From the NCBI GenBank assembly GCA_951406725.2, contig OX597822.1:26536001-26600000 (forward strand): a DNA stretch of 64,000 nucleotides. The letters are read 5' to 3'. The notes under the pieces are model-generated. The model was not told the origin of the DNA. It did not search any database and was given only the letters and a program-made list of their open reading frames with translations. A program made the position numbers and the translations under genes. Source of the DNA: Octopus vulgaris (Eukaryota). Positions 14,372 through 27,445 of the stretch are shown piece by piece (the stretch's first letter is position 1; the number at the start of each line of letters is the position of its first letter).

Positions 14372-14515
14372 TAAGTAGCTTGCTTACCAGCCACATGGTT
14401 CGGGATCCATTCCCACTTCGTGGCACTTTCGGCAAGTGTCTTCTACTATAGCCTCGGGCCGACCAAAGCCTTGTGAGTGGATTTGGTAGGCAGAAACTGA
14501 AAGAAGCCTGTCGTA

Positions 14516-14582
<67 letters not shown>

Positions 14583-14740
14583 TTGTGCCCTAACATCGCT
14601 TGACAACCGATGGTGTTCGGTTCGGCAAAAGAGATCGATGCAATAAGTACTAGGCTTACAAAGAATAAGTCCTGGGGTCGATTATCTCGATGGTGGTCCA
14701 GCTTGGCCGCAGTCAAATGATTGAAACAAGTAAAAGAGTA
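14364..14740 (+). mobile_element. Group B CORE-like SINE
   Basis: Homologous to 1120-1500; tail GGTCCAGCTTGGCCGCAGTCAAATGATTGAAACAAG. Confidence 0.85.
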
Positions 14741-14932
14741 AAATCATATATATATATACATATATATTTGTTTTGCAAGATTTTTTATATGAAATCTTGT
14801 GTTGAAACAGATATTGTTGTATTTAGGAATAGTCATTTTGCCAGTTTAGCCAATAAAAACACACCCACTATATATTTGGTGTTACTTTGCTTCAGCGTCA
14901 TTCACTTTTTACATTAATCTTAATCTTATTTC

Positions 14933-14976
14933 GACCAGAGTTCTTTCGTCACACTCCTGTGACCTCATCAGTGGTC
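14933..14976 (-). ncRNA. Minimal hammerhead ribozyme motif (mirror copy, intact 5-bp stem I)
   Basis: Minus strand reads GACCA-CTGATGA-GGTCACAGGAGTGTGAC-GAAAGAACTC-TGGTC. Confidence 0.75.
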
Positions 14977-15283
14977 CTTTGCTTTCTTCTTTCTTATTTG
15001 CGTGTTTCTCCCTACTAACGGTCAGCCATTTTGCATTTTGTATTCCTATTGTATGTGTCTTCATTTGCGCATGCGTATACCTCTATGTGTGTTTATATTT
15101 AGTTAGTGTGTGTGTGGGGGGAGTGCCTGTAATATTTGTATCTCCTGTTTATATACACATATAATAGGAATACAAAATACAAAATGGCTGACTGTTAGTA
15201 AGGAGAGACAGGCAAATAAGAAAGAAGAAGTAAGGAGAGACAGGCAAATAAGAAAGGAGAGACAGGCAAATAAGAAAGTAAAG

Positions 15284-15327
15284 GACCACTGATGAGGTCA
15301 CAGGAGTGTGACGAAAGAACTCTGGCC
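15284..15327 (+). ncRNA. Minimal hammerhead ribozyme motif
   Basis: GACCA-CTGATGA-g-GTCAC-AGGAGT-GTGAC-GAAAG-AA-CTC-TGGCC. Confidence 0.75.
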
Positions 15328-15439
15328 GAAATAAGATTAAGATTAATGTAAAAAGTGAATGCCGCTGAAGCAAAGTAACACCAAATATATAGTGGGTGTG
15401 TTTTTGTTGGCTAAACTGGCAAAATGACTATTCCTAAAT

Positions 15440-15483
<44 letters not shown>

Positions 15484-15484
15484 C

Positions 15485-16130
15485 ATACTAACTTAAAATT
15501 CACACTCCGTGCAGACTTTGAGGCTAGCTCCTGCACAGGGCTAATTGGGCCTGTGGCCCAAAACTAAAGAGAAATACTAAAGCATTTATTGATATCCTAT
15601 CACCTCAGATTTACATCACAAAGTATCACATTTGGAGAATTTCGTATCATTGTGACATTTGGAGGTCAATGTAAAGCAGCAGGATAAACAATATTCATAA
15701 TTTTACCATTTGGTGTGAGTATAAAGAGATTGTTGCCATTTCCAGCTCTGGAACAACCAACATAGGAGCTGACCATGGGAAAAAAGCACTGCTGCCAGAG
15801 GTGAAGTCCAACAATTTTGAGTGATTGTCCCTGACTCTTGTTAATTGACATTACAAAACTAACTCTTACTGGAGAGTGAAGACTCTTGAATTTAAAGGGC
15901 ATGTCTGCTGGAGTCAGTGGAATTCTTGAAATAAGCACATTTTCTCCCTTTCCTTGTCCAGTGAGGATTGTTGCTTTTAAAAGATGTGAATGGATTTGCC
16001 TGATAATCAGTCTTGTTCCATTGCACAGCTTTGGGAGAATCAGATATCTCAAAAGCATGATTGTAAATCCTTTCTTCAATGTCAGTTTGTGAGAGGGTAT
16101 TCCAGGAGGATCCAAAGAGTTAAGAAATGT
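15485..16130 (-). mobile_element. Helitron/Helentron PIF1 helicase C-terminus and terminus
   Basis: PPGIPSHKLTLK, PKLCNGTRL, MSINKSQGQSL, (SHGQL)YVGCSR and NIVYP are PIF1/RepHel motifs; frameshifted. Confidence 0.9.
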
Positions 16131-16151
16131 AGTAGTTATTATTATTATTGA

Positions 16152-16197
<46 letters not shown>

Positions 16198-16374
16198 ATA
16201 AGGGTAAATAATTATTAATTTTAAAATCAACAATTATTACTAGTAGTTTTCGGTATGAAAATATAACCATTATCGGTAGGAACTTTTACAAAAAGTTCTT
16301 TATATATATATATTTATATATATATATATATATATACTTGGAAATGGATGCGTGGCGTTCAATTAAATAATAAT

Positions 16375-16727
16375 TACTCTTTTACTTGTTTCAGTCATGT
16401 GGCCATGCGGGAGCACCGCCTTTAGTCGAGTAAATCTATCGATCTCTTTTGCCAAACCGCTAAGTTGCGGGGACGTAAACACACCAGCATCGGTTGTCAA
16501 GCGATGTTGGGGGGACAAACACAGACATACAAACATATACACACACATACATATATACATATATACGACGGGCTTCTTTCAGTTTCCGTCTACCAAATCC
16601 ACTCACAAGGCTTTGGTCGGCCCGGGGCTATAGTAGAAGACACTTGCCGAAGGTGCCACGCAGTGGGACTTAACCCGGAACCATGTGGCTGGTAAGCAAG
16701 CTACTTACCACACAGCCACTCCTATGC
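16375..16727 (-). mobile_element. Group B CORE-like SINE
   Basis: Near full-length homolog of 61960-62340. Confidence 0.88.
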
Positions 16728-17123
16728 CTATAATAATATAAATAATATATATATATAAATTCTGTGTAAACAACATGAAGTACGAAAACAAACGAGTTAA
16801 ATATGCAAACAAGGAAAGGAAAAGATGGAAAACAGGACAAGTAAACAAAGAACGACCCTTCATCAGTTGTCGGCTGTCTATCTATTCCTCCTTTCGAGCA
16901 TTCAAAGACAATATAAGTCTCCGAAGAAAGTTGCTTCCATAAATTCCAAAATAGAATTTTGGATAGAGAAAACAGAGATTCGTAAAAGTACGAATCTCTG
17001 TTTTTTTTCCTTTTTCAATTTTGCATTGGTTTTCACTTCTTTACTATCAATCCATAAAAGCATTTTCCTTATTTCCATCCATGCACAATAATCTATGTTC
17101 TTTGTGGCCATTAACTTTTAATT

Positions 17124-17452
17124 ATGGCTCAGTGGTTAGAGCGTCGGACTCACAATTATGAAGTAGTGAGTTCGATTCCTTGACCGTGCGGTGTTTTGTG
17201 TTCTTGAGCAAGACACTTTATTTCACTTTGCTCCAGTTCAATCAGCTGTAGAAATGAAATACATTTCGTGGTGCCAAGCTGTATTATCGGCCTTTGCCTT
17301 TCGCTTAGATAACATCAGTGGCGTGGAGGCTGGGGGCTGGTATGCATGGGCGACTACTGGTCTTCCATAAACAACCTTTCCCGGACTTGTGCCACGGAGG
17401 GTAACTTCCTATGTGCAATGCCATGGTCATTCATGACAGAATGGGGCCTCTA
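17124..17452 (+). mobile_element. tRNA-derived SINE, further family (partial second copy at 43388-43606)
   Basis: A-box TGGCTCAGTGG, B-box GAGTTCGATTCC; body shared with 43388-43606. Confidence 0.8.
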
Positions 17453-17519
17453 TCCTTACACTTTATACGTCAATATAAAAATGAATATTTTATATTAAAA
17501 TTGTTTAATAATTTCTACA

Positions 17520-17745
17520 TCTACTTCGCCCCAACTTTCTCACACTCTTTCTTCCTGTTTCTTGTCCCCGACTTCCTACGCAACCGCTGAGCCTGGATGC
17601 GCATTCATCCATCCGTCGATGCTCTCGGTGTCGGGTGTTGACCTGCTTTCTCTTCTGCGGGTCTTATGAATAGCAAAGGACCACGTTTCGGACTTCTCCC
17701 AAGAGGACGAAAACCGCTTCACTCAACAAACAAGCAGCAACAACA
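17520..17745 (+). mobile_element. Group C SINE fragment with yet another tail type
   Basis: CAACTTTCTCACACTCTTTCTTCCTGTTTCTTG shared with group C, then a unique tail ending in (CAA)n. Confidence 0.55.
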
Positions 17746-18249
17746 ACAATAATTTGCTGAGATAACGATATAAGGTTTTTATATTAGAAAAAATATATAT
17801 TAAACTGAGATATAACGTTCATGTTTAAAAACGCTTCGACCAAGAATCGAAACCATAACTTAATACTTTTAGCAACTTACACGCATCTACATATGCCCAA
17901 GTTAAACAAGCATTTTTATGTATTTAACTTCTGCACATAACTTATAAAAGTATAGATCAGATTTTCTCTCACTAGTTTGCGATATTTCTTTTCTTCTGTT
18001 ATTATAATTTTTGTTGTTTGCCTTTAATATAATCATTTCTCATACTTTACCACGTAGTTAGACATAGAAATAGAGTTAACCTTTGCAACTGTCGCATCCA
18101 TTACCATCACAACAATCACCAGCAACATCTCTATCACATACTCATCAACTATTCACATTTGTCACTATTTCGTTGCCGTTTCTAAATTTTTATCAAAAAG
18201 TCTACTGTCATCCGTACTCGTATGTGAATGCAGTCAACAATTATTCTTT

Positions 18250-19130
18250 TACAAGACTACCCGTGACCCGTTAGGTCATCGGGAAAGTCTGAGTTTCCCA
18301 ACAACGGAATTTTGTTTCGTAAGCTTTTTTTTTTCTTTTCCAGGTTATTTCGCATGTCTTCAACAGATATGACATCGAAATCACGCGTAAACAGCGCCTT
18401 TCCCCAGAAAAGAATAGATTTTGCTGCTATTTCTTGCACGCCCTGCTACCACGTAACAGGTATTTCGGGTCCTTTATCGCAAATAGCTGCTACATGGTAG
18501 CAGGGCGTGCTAGAAATATCAGCCAAATCTTTGGAGGTGAGATACGTTGAATACACTCGAAAAATACCTATGAAAAAAAAATTAATTCACACCGAGGTTA
18601 CGTACGAGTCTTTTACGAAATATTTACCGTATTTCTAAAGTTATTTTCACTTTAAAATATTTTTTTAAATACGCCCCCTAAAATTTTGTAATGGTATTCA
18701 CTTGAAAATAATTTTTTAAAAAAACCATTAAAATATTGTCTGTTTAAAGGAAGCTAAAATATAAATACTGTACAAACAACTTAAATTTTTGAGATCACAC
18801 CCACTTAAAAATAATTCTAAATGATTAAAATATTATGTTTAACAAAAGCGAAAATAGAAATAGTTATTGTAAAAAAAACAAATCGTACTTTTTCGTTGTT
18901 AAGTCACTGTGTCTAAATGAAAAGTTAGAGTTTCTTCCCTTTCAGATGAAGTTATATTCGGAATATTTTCCCATTATGCACCGTTTTGGGTACTTATACC
19001 CCGAATATCTCAATAACTAGTGGTCCGATTTACGCGAAACTTGTTTTATTCCGTTTGTATTAACATTTCAGGGGAAACTTAATTCATAGTATTTTCCTAT
19101 TATGCGCCAGTTTGGCTGTGTAACATTGCA
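18250..19130. mobile_element. Probable non-autonomous DNA element (HINE/Helentron-like) with an internal hairpin
   Basis: Starts ACAAGA plus hairpin CCCGTGACC-cgtta-GGTCATCGGG; boundaries uncertain. Confidence 0.4.
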
Positions 19131-20133
19131 GATAAGCAAGCAGGCAAGGTTGCTTATTTTATTAATATATCATTCAACCACGGTAGTGGTTGAATATATT
19201 CTTAAGCCCACCATTTCGTCAATCGCAGCAGCTTCCAAGCTTCACCACTACATCAATTCTCAACTAAATTGCAAACTGTTAACAGTTTTAAAGAGGACAC
19301 TGCTCAGCTATACTTTGGCATAAATAGTTTGAGATTTGGTTCAGTAGAAAAGAAGTTACATAAAGATATGTGAGGTCTAAAGATGGGCAATAAGGCACCT
19401 ATTCCTCTTCAATTAACATAATTTTTTTTATTTTAAAATAAAAGTATACTTTTCTTAGGCTTAAATGATAGAAAAATGGATGAGGAATTCTGAATCGTTA
19501 GTCTCATAGAATAAAAATTAGTAGAAAAAAGTTATGAGGTGAAATGTCATGAAATTTATTGTCAGTGAGGAAGCATCAAGTAACGCCCCAAGCAATAATG
19601 TTAAGATAAGAATATATTTCTAAAATGAATGCTTACGTCACAGCGCGGTGAGTTAGCAGAAACGTTAACTCGCTGTAATAACTTGTCCTGTACTTTTCCA
19701 GGTTTATAATCTCAAGAATATTACTTTTCGTGCCCGCATTTTTCCATGTAATCCATGATTTTAGATTGGGTACGTCTATTCTCATTTATCGCTGATTCAC
19801 TCAATACTGATCCTGGATAACACGGTACACTCAACTGTGAACTGTGTTGCGCTTATCACGAATTTATCCGCGATAACACAGGTCAGCGATCAGTTAAAGA
19901 TTCTGATTGAACTACGTAAATGACAAAATCAGCAGATTTACTCGAAATGCACACTGAAAAGTTGTTCGGAATGGCAACTTTCAAAAGTGGTAACGAAAAA
20001 CAAGCGATGAATAGAAGAAACTTTTCGCGTACAAACTTGAGTTCAAAAGGAATTGAAGAGACTTTTAATTACATTTTTTTTTTAAAAAGCGATAACATTT
20101 TTGCATCTCAAGATTCAAATGAAGAGTGAAATA

Positions 20134-20447
20134 GTGGGTTGACTAAAAAGTTCGCTCGAATTTTGCCTATACTAAACTTCAACACTGATAAATAGCTAAC
20201 TTCACTTTTTCCCTTGAAGTATCAAGTATCTAACACTCATTAGATATTTAATACTTCAACGCAGTTCTACGTGAATTTGTGATAAGACTGGTTGTATTTT
20301 ACGTGCTTGGAATCACTCTGAAAATGGAGAACGAAAGTGAATATTATCGACACCTTATACTCTTTTTAAACGGTAAATTGCTTCGTGTTTGAAAGTCGTA
20401 TCTTAATTTCGCTTTAAAAAAATTAACGGACTTTTTGGCCAATCCAA
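20134..20447 (+). mobile_element. Internally deleted mariner (MITE)
   Basis: TIRs TGGGTTGACTAAAAAGTTCG / CGGACTTTTTGGCCAATCCA, TA on the left; residual MENESEYYRHLILF resembles a mariner N-terminus. Confidence 0.75.
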
Positions 20448-21159
20448 CACAAATGTTATGACAAATTTGTAGAACTTCTTGACATGTTATCGGTAAGTTT
20501 ATGAAGAAAAGGAAAAGCGGTGTTGCAAACAAACAACTATTGAAGAGTTTGAATTTCTGAAGAAAAGAAAATTACCAAATCTGCTGAAAACACGACCGAC
20601 AAAAATTTATTGTGATTATTAATTAAAGTTAATTAAAGATTTAACAAAAAATAATGTTTACTTTTATTTTTCACGATATTTTGTTGTTTAAATTTGAGTA
20701 TAAAGATGTTAACTGTAATTCGTATATAATTTCATTGGCTTCTTTCTTCCATCTTTCAATTGTATTTCTATTTAAAACCACATTTCTTCAGTTGCTTGTC
20801 TTTTTATATATATATTTTTTCATTTTTCATGTGTAGTAAATGGTTCAAAAAGGAAAACTACATTTCTTCGTGATCGTAATTTGAACTCCTTCCAATGAAT
20901 TTTTACTTCCCGATTTTCCGATTAAATTAATTAATATCAGCTGATACGTTGCCTTCAGTAGCTGACGTGTCTTTTCAGCAGCAATCACACAAAAGTTAAA
21001 TCTTGTGAACGCAAGTTCAAAGAACTATCACGAAGAAATGTTTTCCTTTTAGGAGAGAATCGCTACTAAATTTCCATAAATAATTTCACGGTCACATTGG
21101 ATAATTCATATCTAGCGGCAACATCATTAACTAACACCCAAGTCACTGTGTGAAAGGGG

Positions 21160-21449
21160 TTTTTTTTCTCGCCCTTTTCAAGCCTAGCCAAGCTCATGGG
21201 CCCTGTTTCCCCCAGCTGGACGGGACGCCAGGCCATCGCAGCGTTGCTCAAGAAACAGGAAGAGAGAGTGAGAAAAAGTTGTGGCGAAAGAGTACAACAG
21301 GGGTCACCATCACCCCCTGCCGGAGCCTCGTGGAGCTTTTTTAAGTGTTTTCGCTCAATAAACACACACAACGCCCGGTCCGGGAACCGAAACCGCGATC
21401 TCCCAACCGCGAGTCCGCTGCTCTAACCACTGGGCCACTGCGCCTCCAC
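21160..21449 (-). mobile_element. Group C SINE (additional tail fragment at 21465-21551)
   Basis: tRNA-like head at 21380-21449; tail as at 4482. Confidence 0.88.
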
Positions 21450-21552
21450 AAAACGATAAACGTCGACCAGGTTCATGGGCCCGGTTTCCGGTTTCTGTGG
21501 CGTATGTGTTCCTCCAAGCTGGACGGGACGCCAGTCCACCGCAGCGTTACTG

Positions 21553-22310
21553 AAAGAGTATTACTTTTACATTAAAAACTATTGTAGCCAACATCAATGG
21601 TAGCCTTTGCAGGCACTTCCAGGAAACAGTCATACCCACAGACACTGGTGTGGATTAGGAAATTGTAATTTACCGTATTTTAACGTGTATAAGGAATCCG
21701 TTTTTGTCAAAAATTAGGTTTAAAAAATATGGGCGTTTCTCATACATGGATAATATTATAATCCCTTACAAAACCTTTTTTCTAAATTTTAAGCCCCCAA
21801 AATTAGGAGGTTCCTTATACATGTTAAAATACGGTACTTTCCTGCAAAATTTTAAAGTTTCTTAAAGCCTCCAGACAACCACCACTCAGACCTCAGTCAA
21901 AGAAAATTATCCTTAATAAGAATGTTGCGTAATTTAGACCTACTGCAGCTATGCAATGGCACAAGATTAATGGCTAAGAAGCTTATGCTACATGTCATAA
22001 GGACTAACATTCTTCTCAGTTGGTGGGTTGAAGAAAAGGATGCAATTAATACCAGAATTCCACTCAGAATTCCAGCAGATATGCTCTTTTGAATTACAAG
22101 ACTTCAATTTTCAGCATCCCGAAGCGTTGCTGTGTCAATCAATTAATCCCAACGATAAATATTGACAATTATTGGACTTCATCTTGAAGAATGCTGCGTT
22201 GTTCATGGCTAATTTTATGTCAAGTTCTCAAGAATTGGAAATCTCCATAATTTCTCTATTTATGAACCTGATGGTAACAACTAAAAACAAGAAATATTAT
22301 AATTCTTGAG
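21553..22310 (+). mobile_element. Decayed Helitron PIF1 helicase fragment interrupted by a MITE
   Basis: MLRNLDLLQLCNGTRLMAKKL, RIPL, AVSIN*SQ, IIGLHL, HG*FYV motifs. Confidence 0.78.
21673..21834. mobile_element. pogo/Tc2-type MITE
   Basis: TIRs CCGTATTTTAACRTGTATAAGGAA with a TA TSD on both sides. Confidence 0.88.
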
Positions 22311-23393
22311 TTTATATGATATTAGATCTGTACCCTATCATAGCCATTGAGCTATTTTCCAGAGACATGTCTACCAAGATGTAATCTTTTGCTACACTGG
22401 AACTGATAAATAAGACTGAGGTTACTCTCTTATATGCATTTACGAGATGTAACCGATAGTGATATAACTGGGTAAAGTTTGGCCAGCTTTGCTTTTCCCC
22501 TTCAATCTATGCTGTTAGTCCTCGATACACGCATGAACGAACAGTTCATCATTTCGGAAACTCAAAGCTTTTCATTGCTTTCGCAAAGAATGAAAAGAAA
22601 TTCATGAAATGATCTTTCCAAATCAAACATACATTCACAGCTTTGCACTCACAATCAATATTTTCCATTTAAAACCGGACAAAATGGCGGATTTGATTAT
22701 TTATTTATTGCCCTATGTTTGGACCGGTCTGGTGTCATGTGTATACCATAGAAAGGCAAAAATGAACTTTCAATATATTGATTTGGTTAACAAATAAAAT
22801 TCATTCCAATCTAATTGATTCTATCGTATCAGTAAAACACTCAGACTCTAACGGAAAGAAAGAGCGCTTCAAAATTTTAAGACTCAGTTCAGGGTCTTAT
22901 GGAAGACAACAAATGCACCTAACGGTCTCCAGTGCCATTTATGGTAACCTTCCAGAATGTTCAAGAAATCCCAAAGGTTGTGATAGGGTACAGTTCTAAT
23001 ATCATGTAAAGAGGGAGCTCATGGCAAGTCTTCATATAATTCCTTTATTGCTGCATATATTGCTCCTGGTCAGTTCCGATGCTTGGGTTATAGAAAGTGT
23101 CTCTGGTCCTCTCATTTTATGAAAAAAAGATTTTATTTTCTGCACTCTAGTTTCTTATTTATCAGATAATTTTAACCTCTAAATCTTTCGAAAATAAGGA
23201 TAAAATATCATGTTCAACAATAGCTTCAAATGAAATATATACGATTGTTTTCGCTTTCAATTAATCTTACATTCTTATTTAATATCCTTCTATTAGATAA
23301 ATATAATTTACACAATAAAATTACGAAATATACTATTAATATTGGTTTCAAAATTTGACACAAGGCCAGCAATTTTAAAGCATTGGTTTAGTA

Positions 23394-23734
23394 CAGGGTT
23401 TCTCTATCATTATTTATCGACGGACCCCTTTGAATACTGTTTTATTCTAGTGGAACCCCATAGTCATAGCAACTAATTTTATTGAAATTTCTTTCAAAAT
23501 TCCTATTTTGTTTTCCACACATTAACTTGTGTAGGTTGAACAATGTAAAATGTTAAAGAAAGAAACCTAGCTATTTCTTGCAAAACATACCAATAAATAC
23601 ATCTAAAACAAAATTTTTTCAGGGGCCCTTAAAATACTATTGTGGACCCTCAAATTACTATTTTGTTGCATGGACCCCCAAAAATCTTATATGGACTCTC
23701 AGGGGCCATATAAACCCCGGTTGAGAACCAACTG
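23394..23734. mobile_element. hAT (Charlie-like) MITE nested in a minus-strand group A SINE (~23335-23900)
   Basis: Ends CAGGGTTTCTC / GAGAACCAACTG, internal GGACCCC repeats; SINE sequence resumes on both sides. Confidence 0.7.
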
Positions 23735-23914
23735 GGTTAGTCGATTACATTGACCCCAGTGTTTCACTGGTACTTACTTTATCGACTCGAAAAGATAAAA
23801 GGCAAAGTTGATCCCAGCGGCATTTGAACTCAGAACGTAAAGTTGGACGAAATGCTGCTAAGCAGTTTACTCGTGTGCCAACGATTCTGCCCGCTCGCTG
23901 CTTTAAATATACAA

Positions 23915-24140
23915 TTAATATTGGTTTCAAATTTTGGCACAAGGCCAGTATTTTCGGAGAAGTGGGTGAGCCGATTACACTGCCCCACCCCCAGCACATA
24001 ACAAGTACATATTTCATCGACCTCGAAAGGATAAAAGGTGAAGTCGGCCTCAACTGAATTTGAACTCAGAACGTAAAAACGGATGAAATGCAGCTAAGTA
24101 TTTTTCCTGGCGTATTAACGATTCTGATGTCTCGTCACCT
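23915..24140 (-). mobile_element. Group A SINE, (ATT)-tail subtype, diverged
   Basis: Homology to group A. Confidence 0.75.
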
Positions 24141-24586
24141 TAAATACAATTAGCATTGAATGTCTGTGTATATAAGGTGGCTGGCGCAATATTTACCAGG
24201 GTACCCGATATCATTTAAGCAAACAATGCAACCAAATGACAGAAGACATAATTCTCTATATCAAGTGACCAGTAACAGCCGTGTATGTGTGCTTGGCGCA
24301 ACAGGAAGTTGTCTAACAAACATATCAGCTAAATCAGCTATCTGCATCTGGCTTTTTTTTTTGTGAGATTAATGGCAACACTGCTACACATTTCACGTAT
24401 GTTACCAGGAGACCCGCCTTAAGTATTCATGCCTGTTCAGTATCGACATCGGACTTACTTGGCAAGTGACTTGAATTAGGTTTGTGTGTCGAAAGTGAAA
24501 TAATGATCTCAAGGAAGTGTTTTGATATCCAATCAAAGCACACACACACACACACACACACACTCTCTCTCTCTCACACACACTCA

Positions 24587-24682
<96 letters not shown>

Positions 24683-25246
24683 TACATACACACACACACA
24701 CGTCGCTACATTCACTTTTGTTTTATTTCTTAATAATGTTGTAATACTATAGAGCTTCAAAAGTATTAGCATCGTGACAAGCTGGCCGTATCGTTATACA
24801 ATACATTGCAGTATTTCTGTTAGCTTTTAAACGCTCTGAGTTCAAACTACGTCGAGACCAATTTTGCCTTATATCCTTTTGTGTAATATCATTTTAAGTC
24901 ATTGGTACGCTGGACAGTTGCTCGGAAGCCTTACAGGTCTAGAGGCCCAATTTAGATCTACGAATGCTGCGATCTGCTGACACTAGATAAGTACTATAGG
25001 GCCTTGTGCAATGGTTTGCCCAGAGGTCTATAATACTGCTAAGATGGCCTTGCTTTTGAGGTTGATAAAATAAAGCTCCAGTCAAGTACAAGGGTCGATT
25101 GCCGTGACTTTGTCTTTTGTTGTTTCGAGGTCGATAAAGTAAAGTACCAGTCAAGTATTGGTACCGATAAAATCGGAGGTAGCGTCTAATCCCTTCCACT
25201 CAAAACTACTGGCTTTGTGTCTAAATGAGAAACAATTATTAAACAC

Positions 25247-25652
25247 GGTTTGAACAGCAATTTTTAAAAATAATTTCCACGTAACTAAACCCTTTTAAAC
25301 TTCGTATACTGGTAGAATGTGTTTATAAAACATCTTTTTCTCTTGGCTTTATTGAGAAAATTCTATGGTTTGTAGGATATTTGTTGTTTTTTTCTTCAAT
25401 TTCTGCAATTTCAACCAATCAATGACGTCTAATTGAGGTGAAAACATTCGGTGCCGTATGAATATGTCCCTCGTTTAAAAAACAGATTGGGTTTATTTAC
25501 ATTTCTGAAGAAAAAGATCCCCTTCCCCCCACCCCTAACCCTAACCCTAAAACAGATTGAAATGCAATAGATCGATACTAGGGTCATAATTATGGGTGAC
25601 AATTTCATATGATACCGCTAGAAAAAACTGCCGTTCAGACCGAAAAGATCCC
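25247..25652. mobile_element. TIR DNA element with internal (CCCTAA)n, copy 1
   Basis: Right TIR AAAAAACTGCCGTTCAGACCGAAAAGATCCC, left TIR truncated; homologous to 35367-35797 and a fragment at ~3495-3605. Confidence 0.82.
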
Positions 25653-26384
25653 AATTATTTCTTTTTCAAAACCACCATAAATGCTAACTCACTTTAAAAC
25701 TTCAGCTAGTGTGCAGTAAGGAAAACAACTTATCTAACTAACCGCACTTGTCGCTTTCTATTTTATTTATTTTTTAATACAGTCTACTGTTTTAACTCTT
25801 GCCAAAGTAAACTTCTCTCACCAGCAGTCGTCTCATATTCTAGTCGTTATATTTAAATGCTACTAGTCAGTCTGCCACTTAAATTAGAGATTTTTTTTTC
25901 CTTCTTTCCAGCCATTTTGTTGTTGAGCGCGTTAACTGCGTCCTACTCTGTTATTAAATACTGTTTTTACGTCTTATGTTTGTTTCCTTCTATTTTTACG
26001 CTGAGAGTATAACGATGGTCTTGAACAATATTACCCTTCTCTTCCCCAGACTTCTGCTAATAATCTGGAAATAAGCTGAGAGATAGTTTCTTTTGGAACT
26101 CCCATGCTATCAATGTTTTCTTTCTTCTGCTATGCACACCGAACATTAACCTGCTTTCATATCGCCCAGTTCTTCCTGCCATGCCGCTCCAGTTGAGGAA
26201 ACCTCATCATCTGAAATGCAAACCAAAAATGTATTAACGAGGGCGTCCCAGTCTATGCGGTCGTTCGTAGCTATCAAGGGACTCTCCTATAATCGGTGAT
26301 TTTCCCCTTCTCCCAAATAGGGCTCTGCAAGGTAGCAGCGCATGTATGTTTTGAGATGTGGCTTGGTGAACTGCAAAAATAATC

Positions 26385-26570
26385 GCTTTAAATTTTGAAG
26401 GGAGGAGGTTAGTCGATTATATCGACTTCAGTACTTGATTGATACTTTATTTTATCGACCCGAAAGGATGAAAGGAATAGTTGATCGCGGTGGGATTTGA
26501 ACTCAAGACGTAAATAACTGAAAGAAATTCCGCTAAGCATTTGCCCAGCTCGCTAACGTTTCTGCCAGTA
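26385..26570 (-). mobile_element. Group A SINE, diverged
   Basis: Homology to group A. Confidence 0.75.
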
Positions 26571-27445
26571 CACAGGCTAATAAATAAAAACAACCCGCGG
26601 TATTCACTCTGACGCGATAAATACTTCACCACTTTGCTGGCATGTAAGCTGGAAATATAATAAAATCATGTTTTAAAAAAATATTTAAAATTCTAAATAT
26701 AAAATCTTGACAACTATATTTCATTTATTTCATATTATATTGCTTAATTATATTTATTGGCTAAAATATATAATATCGTTTTTAACACATTTCAAAACAT
26801 TTTTGTGCAAAGTGTACCAAAATATTTTTATTTGCTTTAAAGTATTCTGCGAATATAAAAATGGTGTGGGAACCACTGTTCCTTGCAGTCTTCGTAAACA
26901 AACGAATGAATCTTTATAAGTGGACACTTTGAGCTCATAAGGGAACCTTTCTCTATGACCAGTCGAAGCCAACGACTGTGTAATCACTCGATTTATTTTG
27001 CTAGAAATAGTTGTTGAATTTCTGTCAAGTCTCACTAGCAGGGTGGCATTTTCCTTTTTCATTTTTCTGGTATTAGCAATCCACCCGCATGTGGCTGTCT
27101 TTATGAGTCTTCCCAGGTATCCAGTTCGATATCCAGCAGTGCTTTTTCTAACGGCAGCAATCCATGTGTCATGGTTTCTTCTCCTCGTCCATCCAGCGGT
27201 TTGTCTTTCTGCCTACGTGTCTTTAAAGACACTGCCGTTTGTCGCCTTCAACCCATTAAATTGCTTTAAGTTTAATTTTCATCCTTCTCTTTGAGGGTTA
27301 CTTGGATGCTTTTTCTAGAAGATCGAAAGTCGAACAATTAAATAGAATCTCCCTTCATTAGTTCTAGAATTGATTACAGGGTCTTACCTTGGTCACGAGA
27401 TTTATTGGTGTAATACACTGGGAGAGTCGATTGAAGTATCTACGC

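Larger units (their letters stand above)
14766..15450. mobile_element. Inverted-repeat hammerhead-bearing element (family 4) in (TA)n
   Basis: Arms ~14810-15058 and ~15156-15450 are reverse complements around a ~100 bp spacer. The right arm has a triplicated AAGGAGAGACAGGCAAATAAGAAAG unit. Confidence 0.8.

Noticed and set aside
16745-16990. Possible sixth hammerhead element (minus-strand CTGATGAAGGG at ~16857-16867, near an AT-rich tract)
   Set aside because: No closing stem II, GAAA or stem III found; at best a truncated copy.
25532-25550. CCCTAA repeats as a telomere or fusion site
   Set aside because: Only ~3 units, internal to a dispersed TIR element present twice.
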